Shown one piece after another: positions 37,160-45,093 of a DNA stretch of 64,000 nucleotides. Positions within the stretch are counted from its first letter, which is position 1. Every line of letters starts with the position of its first letter. The DNA comes from Candidatus Edwardsbacteria bacterium. GTDB lineage: Bacteria > Edwardsbacteria > AC1 > EtOH8. The notes under the pieces are model-generated. The model searched no databases. It had not been told where the DNA came from and saw only the letters and a list, made by a program, of their open reading frames with translations. Location: NCBI GenBank assembly GCA_020053305.1, contig JAGVNJ010000074.1, forward strand, positions 7,348-71,347. The letters run 5' to 3'. The translations under genes were made by a program, and so were the position numbers.

Positions 37160-39829
37160 ATGTCCAAAGCTCAGATATTGGTAGTAGAGGATGAGCGAAT
37201 TGTAGCTTCCGACATCGAAAAACGATTGAAAAAGCTGGGCTACAATGTGCTGGAGTTGGTTACATCCGGCGAAGAGGCTGTGGAAAAGGCAAAAAATATC
37301 CTGCCGGATCTGGTGTTGATGGATATAGTCTTAAAGGGGGGTATGGATGGGATCTCAGCGGCAGATACAATCCATACCCTTCTTAATATTCCGGTGATCT
37401 TTTTGACGGCTTACGCCGATCCCGATACATTGTCCAGGGCTAAAAAATCCGAGCCTTACGGATATCTGATCAAGCCATTCGAGGAACGGGAGCTGATCGC
37501 GGTAATAGAGATTGCCTTAGAAAGGCACAGGAATGTCTCCAAGCTGAAGGACAAGGAAAAGCATTTTCGTTTCCTGATAGAGAACGGCTCGGATATCATA
37601 CTGGTTATTGACAGCAATGGGGTCTTTGAATACGGCTCTCCTTCAATCGAAAATATTCTGGGCTATAAGCCTGAGGACTACCTGGGCAAAGGGGGGAGGG
37701 ACTTCATCCATCCCGACGATGCCGACGGCATCAGAAGCACCCTGGAGAAAAGGAAAAAGACCCCCGGCGTTTCCCCGGCCTTCGAAGTGAGGGCCAGGCA
37801 CAAGAATGGGAGCTGGCGATTTTTCGAAGCTATTGCCAACAATATGTTGAACGATCCCGAGGTCTCGGGGATCGTGATAAACGCCAGGGATATCACCGAC
37901 AGAAAAATAGCCGAGGAGGGCCTCAGCAAGGCCCATCAGGAGCTTAAGGCAATATTTGAAGCCCTGCCCGACATGTTCTTCCTGCTGGATAATGAGGGCA
38001 CCATCCTGGACTACAACACCAGCCGGCTTTCGGATCTGCTGGTGCCGCCCGAGAGATTTCTGGGCAAGATGATCCGGGAGATCCTGCCGGAACCTGCCGC
38101 CGGGATCGTCGGGCAGGCCCTGCGTGAGGTAAGGGAGAAGGGCGTGTTGACGGTCACGGAGTATTCCCTGACCAAGGATGGTGAGCAGGACTTCTACGAG
38201 GCCCGGCTGTTGCCCCTGCAGGCTTCACAGATCATCGCCATAGTGAGGAAGATCACCGACCGGAAGAGGGCGGAGGAAAAACAGCGCAAATACTCCGGCA
38301 ACCTGGATTTTCTGTCCAAAACGGCCATGGATTTCGTCAGGATGCCGGCCGAGCAGGACCTTTTCAGATATATCGCCCAAAAGGTGAAATCGGTAACCGG
38401 AAACTCCTTAGTGATAGCCAGTTCCTTCGACGAGGCCTCGGGGATGCTTCAGGTAAAACATATCATGGGAATAGAGGAGCATTATCACGATATTTTGAAA
38501 CTCATCAAGGCGGACCCGGTAGGCATGTTCTTCAAGATCAGCCGTGAAGCAAAGGAGGCCTATCTCTCCGGCAAGGTGATCGATGCCCCGATAAACCTGT
38601 ATGAACTTAGCTTCAGAAAAATATCTAAAAAAGTTTGCAGCAAAATCGAATCCCTGTTGGCCATAAAGAACATCTTTACCATAGGATTGTGTCATAGCGA
38701 TGTTCTGTTCGGCAATATCGCCATATTGTCATCCAACCCTGCCCCGCTGTTTGATGCCAGCCTGGTGGAAACATTCTCCAATCAGGCGTCGGTCGCACTG
38801 CAGAGGCGCAAGGCCGAGGACCAGCTTAAATATATCAGCCTGCACGATCCTCTGACCGGGCTCTATAACCGGGCCTTTTTTGAGGAGGAGATGCGCCGGC
38901 TGGATATGGAAAGGATTAACTCGGTGGGCCTGATAATGTGCGACGTGGACGGTCTGAAACTGGTCAACGATATCATGGGCCACAAGACCGGCGACGGTCT
39001 GTTGATGGCGGTCTCCGGCATAATCAGGGACGCCTGCCGGAAGGGCGACTTAGTGTCCCGGCTGGGCGGGGATGAATTTGCGGTATTGCTGCCTAATATC
39101 ACTCCGGCTGTTCTGGACGGCATATGTCACAGGATAAAGCATACCATCCATACCTACAACGCCGAAAATCCCGAACTTCCCTTAAGCCTGTCAATCGGCC
39201 ACACCTTGCGCAGCCAGGATAATGTGAGCATTACCGACCTTTTCAAGGAAGCTGATAATATCATGTACCGGCAGAAGCTGGACAACCACGATCTGCTGAT
39301 CCAGAACTTCATCAAGGCCCTCAAGACCCGGGGAGTGATCTCCGAAGGAAAGGTGGCCCGGCTGGAGAACCTGATAACCCATTTCGCCATGACCATGGGG
39401 TTGTCGGAGATCGACATCAAAGGGTTGAAACTGCTGGCCCGCTTCTCCGATATCGGCAAGATAGGAATTTCCGACAGGATATTGTTGAAATCCAAGTCGC
39501 TGGTGCCCGGCGAGACGGCTGAAATGAAGCGGCATTGCGAGATAGGTTACCATGTGGCCCTGTTCTCCCCGGACCTGATCCCGGTGGCCGAACTGATCCT
39601 GAAACATCATGAATGGTGGAACGGGCAGGGGTATCCCCTGGGCTTGTCCGGCGGGGATATTCCCCTGGAGTGCCGGATGCTGGCCATAACGGAAGCCTAC
39701 GAAGCCATGACCAGAGACAGGCCGCATAGCAAGGCTATGAGCCACGAAGAGTCTCTTGCCGAACTGAAGAAATTTGCCGGGACCCAGTTCGATCCCTTCC
39801 TGGTCGAAAAATTCATCGATATATTCTGA
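37160..39829 (+). CDS. response regulator with REC-PAS-PAS-GAF-like-GGDEF-HD-GYP domains (c-di-GMP turnover)
   Basis: REC (VVEDE..LMDI), PAS segments, GGDEF (RLGGDEFAVLL) and HD-GYP (HHEWWNGQGYPLGL). Confidence 0.85.
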   Translation: MSKAQILVVEDERIVASDIEKRLKKLGYNVLELVTSGEEAVEKAKNILPDLVLMDIVLKGGMDGISAADTIHTLLNIPVIFLTAYADPDTLSRAKKSEPYGYLIKPFEERELIAVIEIALERHRNVSKLKDKEKHFRFLIENGSDIILVIDSNGVFEYGSPSIENILGYKPEDYLGKGGRDFIHPDDADGIRSTLEKRKKTPGVSPAFEVRARHKNGSWRFFEAIANNMLNDPEVSGIVINARDITDRKIAEEGLSKAHQELKAIFEALPDMFFLLDNEGTILDYNTSRLSDLLVPPERFLGKMIREILPEPAAGIVGQALREVREKGVLTVTEYSLTKDGEQDFYEARLLPLQASQIIAIVRKITDRKRAEEKQRKYSGNLDFLSKTAMDFVRMPAEQDLFRYIAQKVKSVTGNSLVIASSFDEASGMLQVKHIMGIEEHYHDILKLIKADPVGMFFKISREAKEAYLSGKVIDAPINLYELSFRKISKKVCSKIESLLAIKNIFTIGLCHSDVLFGNIAILSSNPAPLFDASLVETFSNQASVALQRRKAEDQLKYISLHDPLTGLYNRAFFEEEMRRLDMERINSVGLIMCDVDGLKLVNDIMGHKTGDGLLMAVSGIIRDACRKGDLVSRLGGDEFAVLLPNITPAVLDGICHRIKHTIHTYNAENPELPLSLSIGHTLRSQDNVSITDLFKEADNIMYRQKLDNHDLLIQNFIKALKTRGVISEGKVARLENLITHFAMTMGLSEIDIKGLKLLARFSDIGKIGISDRILLKSKSLVPGETAEMKRHCEIGYHVALFSPDLIPVAELILKHHEWWNGQGYPLGLSGGDIPLECRMLAITEAYEAMTRDRPHSKAMSHEESLAELKKFAGTQFDPFLVEKFIDIF

Positions 39830-39850
39830 ATCGCCCCGCATCCTTTTTTA

Positions 39851-39884
39851 GCGCGGCCCTGCCATACCAGGGGCCGCTTTTTTC
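39851..39884 (+). terminator. rho-independent terminator
   Basis: Stem GCGGCCCTG....CAGGGGCCGC followed by TTTTTT. Confidence 0.65.
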
Positions 39885-39980
39885 AGTGATATGTTTTAAG
39901 GATTGAATAAATACGGAAATATATTGTATAATGCTTAAGATAAACATCCCCTTAACCAGACTGCAAAACGGAGGAAGAAA

Positions 39981-40892
39981 ATGACGGTCAGCAATTATTA
40001 TCTTGAGCATTGGATAGACGAGATCCACCTGCACGGTGTTAAAAAGACGGTGGTCAGCACCCAGACCAAGTACCAGAAAATTGACATCGTGGACACCCAT
40101 AATTACGGGCGCTGCCTGTTCCTTGACGAAAGGATGCAGAGCTCGGAGCGCGATTCCTTCATCTACCACGAGGCGCTGGTACACCCTCCTCTGTTGCTGC
40201 ATCCCGATCCCAGGAAGGTGATGATCGTGGGCGGCGGCGAGGGCGAGACCCTGCGTGACATACTAAAGCACAAATCGGTCAAACAGGTGGTGATGGTGGA
40301 CATCGACAAGGAACTGGTGGAGTTCTGCAAGAAGGAGTTGCCGCAGTGGGCCGGTGGGGCTTTCAAGGACCGTCGCTCCCAGGTGCGTTATATGGATGCC
40401 CGGGCCTACCTGCAGAAGACCAGGGAGACCTTCGATGCGATAATCATCGACCTGACCGAGCCCATAGAGGGCGGGCCTTCGTTCAAGCTTTACACCCGGG
40501 AGTTCTACCGGTTGCTGAACCGGCGGCTTTCGCCGCAGGGCCTGATCTCCCTGCAGGCCGGCACCACCCGCAGCGGCGATACCCAGATGCTGACCTCCAT
40601 CGCCCGCACCATCTCCGGCGCCTTCCCGGTCACCAGGATATACCAGGTGATAATCCCCTCCTTCGGCCTGCCCTGGGGGTTTATTTTGGGATCCAAAGGC
40701 GCCGATCCCCTGGTCTATTCCCCGGCCCAGATCGACACTTTGATAAAAAAACGGGGGCTTAAAAAACTGGATTACTATGACGGCATCACCCATTTAAGCA
40801 TGTTCGCTTTGCCGAAATACCTGCGCAAAGATTTCGATAAACAGCAGAGAGTGATAACCGACAAGAACCTGCTGACCGCCAAGTTCGCCTAA
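39981..40892 (+). CDS. speE: spermidine synthase (polyamine aminopropyltransferase)
   Basis: SAM-binding motif VMIVGGGEGETLRD and acidic motifs DIDKELVEFCKK and IIIDLTEP. Confidence 0.85.
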   Translation: MTVSNYYLEHWIDEIHLHGVKKTVVSTQTKYQKIDIVDTHNYGRCLFLDERMQSSERDSFIYHEALVHPPLLLHPDPRKVMIVGGGEGETLRDILKHKSVKQVVMVDIDKELVEFCKKELPQWAGGAFKDRRSQVRYMDARAYLQKTRETFDAIIIDLTEPIEGGPSFKLYTREFYRLLNRRLSPQGLISLQAGTTRSGDTQMLTSIARTISGAFPVTRIYQVIIPSFGLPWGFILGSKGADPLVYSPAQIDTLIKKRGLKKLDYYDGITHLSMFALPKYLRKDFDKQQRVITDKNLLTAKFA

Positions 40893-40990
40893 TCTTTAAA
40901 CCATAAAAACACTAAGGCCCAAAAGTAATTATTAAAAAGAATGATATAATAATTCAGTATTGTCTTGTTGGCAAAATAAAATATCTGAAA

Positions 40991-42466
40991 ATGAAACACC
41001 GCACATCGCCACATAATTCGCCCCAAAGCCGGGCGCCGCTGTTCGACGCCCTGGCAAAATACATCAAACAGCCCAAGGTGCCGTTCCACACCCCCGGCCA
41101 CAAGCAGGGTAAGGGGATTGATAAGGCCTGGCGCCGGCTGGTGGGCGATGACATCTTCAGGATGGACCTGACGGTGCTGCCCGAGACAGACTGTTTGTTC
41201 CACCCCACCGGTGTCATCAAGCAGGCCCAGGCCTTGGCGGCCGGGGCCTATCATGCCGATAAAAGCTATTTTCTTATCAACGGCTCCACCGGCGGCAACC
41301 TGAGCATGCTGATGGGGGTGCTGTTTCCCGGAGACAGGATCATCGTTCCCCGCCATACCCATAAATCGGTGATAGCCGGGCTGATTATGTCCGGAGCCCT
41401 GCCCATCTACATCCATCCCGAGGTCAATCAGGAATGGGGCCTTATCCTGAACGTCTCGCCCGAAGTGGTGGAGAAGGCCCTGATCAAAAATCCCGATGCC
41501 CGGGCGGTATTCGTCTCCTCGCCCACCTATCATGGCATATGCTGCGACCTGGGGAAGATTGTCAAGCTCTCCCATCTCAACGACCGGATAGTGATGGTGG
41601 ATCAGGCTCATGGGCCGCACCTGTTGTTTCATCCCTCACTGCCCGCCTCGGCCATGGAGGCCGGGGCCGATATCTGCGTGGAGAGCTCGCACAAGATAAT
41701 CTCTGGGCTGACCCAGGCCTCCATGCTGCACGTCAAGGGCCCCAACATTGATATCCGCGATCTGGAGGAGGTGCTGCTGCTGACGCAGAGCACCAGCCCA
41801 TCATACCTGCTGCTGACCTCGCTGGACCTGGCTCGGCGCCAGATGGCCCTGGAGGGGCGGAATCTTTTGGAAAAATCCATCGCCATCTCTGTCAAACTGC
41901 GCAGCTCCATCAATAAGATAAAAGGACTGTACTGCCTGAATCCCGAGGACGTCAAGCCGTTCAAGCTTGATCCCACCAAACTCACCGTCTTTGTGGACAA
42001 GCTCGGGCTTACCGGATACCAAGCCAGCAAGATATTAAATCAAAAGTACGACATCCAGGCCGAGATGGCCGACTGGGACCATGTGGCCTTCATCTTCTCC
42101 ATAGCCGACGGGCAGTCCGAGGCCGATAGTTTGTTGCGGGCCCTGAAAGCCCTGGCCTCGTCGCACTATGGCCGCGGTCCGCTGCAAAAACTCGATATCC
42201 AGTTTCCCTCCAATTATCCCGCCATGTCGCTGACCCCGCGCGAAGCCTTTTTCGCTACTTACAAGATGGTCAAACTGAAAGAAGCGGTGGGGGAGATATC
42301 CACCGAGTTCTTCACCGTTTACCCGCCGGGGATCCCGGTGATCGTTCCCGGTGAGCGCATTACCCACGAGGCGGTGGAATATCTGGAAACCATGAAGCGT
42401 TTGGGAGCGATACTGGTGGGCCCGGAATCCGGCCAGCCGGGGAGGATCAGGGTGGTGGCGCAATAA
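40991..42466 (+). CDS. Orn/Lys/Arg decarboxylase family-1 PLP enzyme, probably arginine decarboxylase (Bacillus SpeA type)
   Basis: The N-terminal ..PLFDAL..VPFHTPGHKQGKG matches the OKR_DC_1 family, and SSHK is a PLP-lysine context. Being adjacent to speE supports a polyamine role. Confidence 0.8.
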   Translation: MKHRTSPHNSPQSRAPLFDALAKYIKQPKVPFHTPGHKQGKGIDKAWRRLVGDDIFRMDLTVLPETDCLFHPTGVIKQAQALAAGAYHADKSYFLINGSTGGNLSMLMGVLFPGDRIIVPRHTHKSVIAGLIMSGALPIYIHPEVNQEWGLILNVSPEVVEKALIKNPDARAVFVSSPTYHGICCDLGKIVKLSHLNDRIVMVDQAHGPHLLFHPSLPASAMEAGADICVESSHKIISGLTQASMLHVKGPNIDIRDLEEVLLLTQSTSPSYLLLTSLDLARRQMALEGRNLLEKSIAISVKLRSSINKIKGLYCLNPEDVKPFKLDPTKLTVFVDKLGLTGYQASKILNQKYDIQAEMADWDHVAFIFSIADGQSEADSLLRALKALASSHYGRGPLQKLDIQFPSNYPAMSLTPREAFFATYKMVKLKEAVGEISTEFFTVYPPGIPVIVPGERITHEAVEYLETMKRLGAILVGPESGQPGRIRVVAQ

Positions 42467-42537
42467 GGATAATGGGGACAGGATTATGGGAGATGGGGAT
42501 CTTATTTAAGGAAATAGAGATTATTGGGATTGGATAG
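42467..42537. repeat. three copies of GGAT(A/T)AT(T)GGGA motif upstream of promoter
   Basis: GGATAATGGGGA (42467), GGATTATGGGAGA (42481) and AGATTATTGGGATTGGATAG (42518). Confidence 0.4.
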
Positions 42538-42556
42538 TCTGAAAACAGGAGGGGGC

Positions 42557-42585
42557 TTGACAAATCGGGATTTTGGAGCGATAAT
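42557..42585 (+). promoter_or_regulatory. consensus sigma70-type promoter: TTGACA, 17-nt spacer, GATAAT
   Basis: Exact -35 TTGACA (42557-42562), 17-nt spacer, -10 GATAAT (42580-42585). Confidence 0.6.
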
Positions 42586-42627
42586 TCAGCTGTGCGACAA
42601 AACGAAAACAAAAAAAAGGAGATTAAA

Positions 42628-42738
42628 ATGTGTAATTCCTGCGGATGCGGCAGCAAGCTGACCTATAAGTGTGAAAAATGCGGCCAAACATCCAATCTGC
42701 CCAAGGAATGTTGCGGCCAGCCTATGAAAAAACAGTAA
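42628..42738 (+). CDS. 36-aa cysteine-rich small protein (zinc-ribbon-like, CxxCxC..CxxC..CC); missed by ORF track
   Basis: AGGAG 6 nt upstream of the ATG. Translation: MCNSCGCGSKLTYKCEKCGQTSNLPKECCGQPMKKQ. It is preceded by a consensus promoter and followed by an intrinsic terminator. Confidence 0.5.
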   Translation: MCNSCGCGSKLTYKCEKCGQTSNLPKECCGQPMKKQ

Positions 42739-42751
42739 GATCGGCATTTTT

Positions 42752-42787
42752 AAAGCGATAGCTGAATTTTCGGCTATCGCTTTTTTC
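42752..42787 (+). terminator. rho-independent terminator
   Basis: Stem GCGATAGC/GCTATCGC with a 10-nt loop, followed by TTTTTT. Confidence 0.7.
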
Positions 42788-42801
42788 ATTCCAGTTAACA
42801 C

Positions 42802-42830
42802 TTGACAATTAATGTAATTTGGTATAACAT
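42802..42830 (+). promoter_or_regulatory. sigma70-like promoter: TTGACA, 17-nt spacer, TAACAT
   Basis: TTGACA at 42802-42807; the -10 candidate is TAACAT (or an overlapping TATAAC). Confidence 0.45.
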
Positions 42831-42865
42831 TCGAACCTTGAGTTTTAACCGCAGATGAGGACCAC

Positions 42866-43087
42866 ATGGATAAGATCACCAAGGATATGACCATCATGGA
42901 AGTGGTCAACAAATATCCCCAGAGTATAAAGGTGTTTTTCGAGCACGGACTTTTCTGCATAGGCTGCAACGTGGCCTACCGCGAGACAGTGGAACAGGGG
43001 GCGATGGCTCATGGCTTGGACGTCAGCGAACTGATGGACAGGCTGAACGAGACGGTCAATAATCCCGATCCGGCGGAGAAGAAGTAG
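42866..43087 (+). CDS. DUF1858 (hybrid-cluster-protein-associated redox disulfide) domain protein
   Basis: Conserved ..TIMEVVNKYPQ...F..HGL.CIGC....ETVEQGA..HG.D of DUF1858 over 73 aa. Confidence 0.7.
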   Translation: MDKITKDMTIMEVVNKYPQSIKVFFEHGLFCIGCNVAYRETVEQGAMAHGLDVSELMDRLNETVNNPDPAEKK

Positions 43088-43101
43088 TCTGATATCATTG
43101 T

Positions 43102-43134
43102 AAAAAGCAGCCTGTGAAACAGGCTGCTTTTTTG
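43102..43134 (+). terminator. rho-independent terminator
   Basis: Stem GCAGCCTGT/ACAGGCTGC followed by a T-run. Confidence 0.7.
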
Positions 43135-43195
43135 TTTGACTTAAACTGTAGAATACTTTAAAATAAAAGACACAAACAGTAATGGAAAGGCGAGT

Positions 43196-44224
43196 ATGAA
43201 AAAAGTAAAAATACTTCCAATATTATTATTTCTATTTCTGTCACCTGCTGCCGGACTGGCCCAGGTTTTGGATGCGGAAGGCCGGGTCCAGGAGGTTGAT
43301 TCGGTCAGGATATTGATACTCCGAGCCGACAAGGCATATAACGATAAGGATTACGAGGGATCGGCCCAAGCCTACATAGCCCTGTTGCTGCATAAGCCCG
43401 GTTACGGGATGGCAGCTTATAGCGTAGCCTGCAACTACAGTTTGATGAACAGGAAAAAAGAAGCCATTAAATGGCTGGAACAGGCGGTGGAATGGGGTTT
43501 TTACGGTTTTGAAAAGGATACTGATCTTAATAACATCAGCAACACCGGACAATATAAGAAAATCCTGGCTCGGGCCCGCAAGTTGATAGCAGAATTGAGA
43601 CCCAAGATTGACAAGCCGGTGGTGGAACTTCCTCAAGACTACGACTCCACTAAAACCTATGGCCTGCTGGTATGCCTGCACGGTTACAGCGATAATCCCA
43701 GCTACTTCATACAAACCCTGGCCGGAGTTCCCCAGCAGTTGGGCTATATTGTAGCGGCGCCTTATGGGCAGGAAATCCTGGGCAAGGAGAGTTTTGGTTG
43801 GGGCAACTCGGAGGAAACAGAAAGGAACGTGCTGGCAGCAGTAACGGAGGTACAGGCCAAATATAAGATTGATCCCGCCAAGATAATACTAATGGGCTTT
43901 TCCCAGGGCGCATCCCGGACCTACTACACCGGCACAAAAAATGCCGGCCTTTTCAAGGGCATTATTCCTATAGCCGGGCGCTATGATTATGATTCGACAG
44001 TGGTCCAGTTCCTGCCCCGCAGCCGGGTGAACGGACTTAAAGTCTTTATCATGGTAGGGCAGCTGGATAATGAGAAGTTTATCAGCGCTAACCAATTAGC
44101 AGTGAAGTTTTTCATGACGGCTGGGGTCACTGTCAGTTTGAACGTCTACGCCGGAATTGGGCATACCCTGTTACCCAATAAAAAGGAGGAACTGCAGCGA
44201 GCCATCGAGTGGGTGGAGAAGTGA
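43196..44224 (+). CDS. secreted alpha/beta-hydrolase (phospholipase/carboxylesterase-type) with N-terminal TPR-like segment
   Basis: Signal peptide; LVCLHGYSDN and the nucleophile elbow GFSQGAS (GxSxG); a His near the C-terminus (GIGHTL). Confidence 0.65.
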   Translation: MKKVKILPILLFLFLSPAAGLAQVLDAEGRVQEVDSVRILILRADKAYNDKDYEGSAQAYIALLLHKPGYGMAAYSVACNYSLMNRKKEAIKWLEQAVEWGFYGFEKDTDLNNISNTGQYKKILARARKLIAELRPKIDKPVVELPQDYDSTKTYGLLVCLHGYSDNPSYFIQTLAGVPQQLGYIVAAPYGQEILGKESFGWGNSEETERNVLAAVTEVQAKYKIDPAKIILMGFSQGASRTYYTGTKNAGLFKGIIPIAGRYDYDSTVVQFLPRSRVNGLKVFIMVGQLDNEKFISANQLAVKFFMTAGVTVSLNVYAGIGHTLLPNKKEELQRAIEWVEK

Positions 44225-44322
44225 TGAAAGTTTCCAAGGACTGCTGAGGCAAGCCGATGAGTTGATTGCCAAGCTAAACCAAGCTCTGCCCGAGGAGGCG
44301 GCAAAAAAATGATCCAGGATTT

Positions 44323-44360
44323 AAAAAGCCCGGTCCTTTTGGGACCGGGCTTTTTGTTTT
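44323..44360. terminator. bidirectional rho-independent terminator between convergent genes
   Basis: AAAAAGCCCGGTCC-TTTT-GGGACCGGGCTTTTT: a perfect 13-bp stem with A-runs and T-runs on both sides. Confidence 0.75.
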
Positions 44361-44366
44361 AATCAT

Positions 44367-45092
44367 TCAGATTTTATCCAAAACCTCTGGCAGTTCGGCA
44401 ATGCTTTTTATGACTGGGCAATCACCCGATCCTTGGCCCTCAGGGGAGATCCAAACCGCCTTGATCCCGGCCGCCTGCGCCCCCAGAATGTCATTCTCCC
44501 AGCTGTCCCCCGCATGTACCGTCTGCCTCCGATCGGCCCCCAGCTCCCGGAGGGCCGTTTCAAAAATTGCGGCATCGGGCTTACGGATGATGGTCTCGTC
44601 AGAGAACAGGGCGCTCTTAAAATATCCTAATATATCATAATCCCCGAGAAGTTTCCGGAGCGTAATTCCCGGGGTTCTTCCGGTATTACAGATCAATCCC
44701 ATCTTATAACCGCGGGAAGCCAACTGATCCAAGGTCTCCCGGGCGCCTGCGATCAGCCGGGGGCGGAATTGCAGAACGGCACCGGAGTAGATCTCTGCAA
44801 TTGACTGGAACTGGCTTTGGTTCAGGGAGGTCAATAAATTGTCATTTATCAACCCGATAAAAAGCCGGGCTTGATCAGTAAAGGCCAGGTCCCGGGCTTT
44901 ACCCCATAAGGTCGAACACTCCCGCCAGATTTTTTCGTGGGCGCAGTGAATATTATTGATATCGATCCCGGGCTGTATTTGCGACAGCAAAGAATGGATG
45001 TTTTTCACCCGGTATTCGGTCCGCCTGCTGTCCAGCTCCGGAGAATCGGCGATCAATGTTTCCCATAGATCAAAGGTGATGAACCTGCCCAT
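44367..45092 (-). CDS. HAD-superfamily hydrolase (subfamily IA, haloacid-dehalogenase-like)
   Basis: Motif I FITFDLWETLI, motif II ICNTGRT, motif III K, motif IV GDSWENDI. The start is at ATG 45090-45092 (MGRFITFD), 1 nt after the upstream gene's TAG; the ORF-track start at TTG 45197 is unlikely. Confidence 0.7.
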   Translation of the reverse strand: MGRFITFDLWETLIADSPELDSRRTEYRVKNIHSLLSQIQPGIDINNIHCAHEKIWRECSTLWGKARDLAFTDQARLFIGLINDNLLTSLNQSQFQSIAEIYSGAVLQFRPRLIAGARETLDQLASRGYKMGLICNTGRTPGITLRKLLGDYDILGYFKSALFSDETIIRKPDAAIFETALRELGADRRQTVHAGDSWENDILGAQAAGIKAVWISPEGQGSGDCPVIKSIAELPEVLDKI

Positions 45093-45093
45093 G

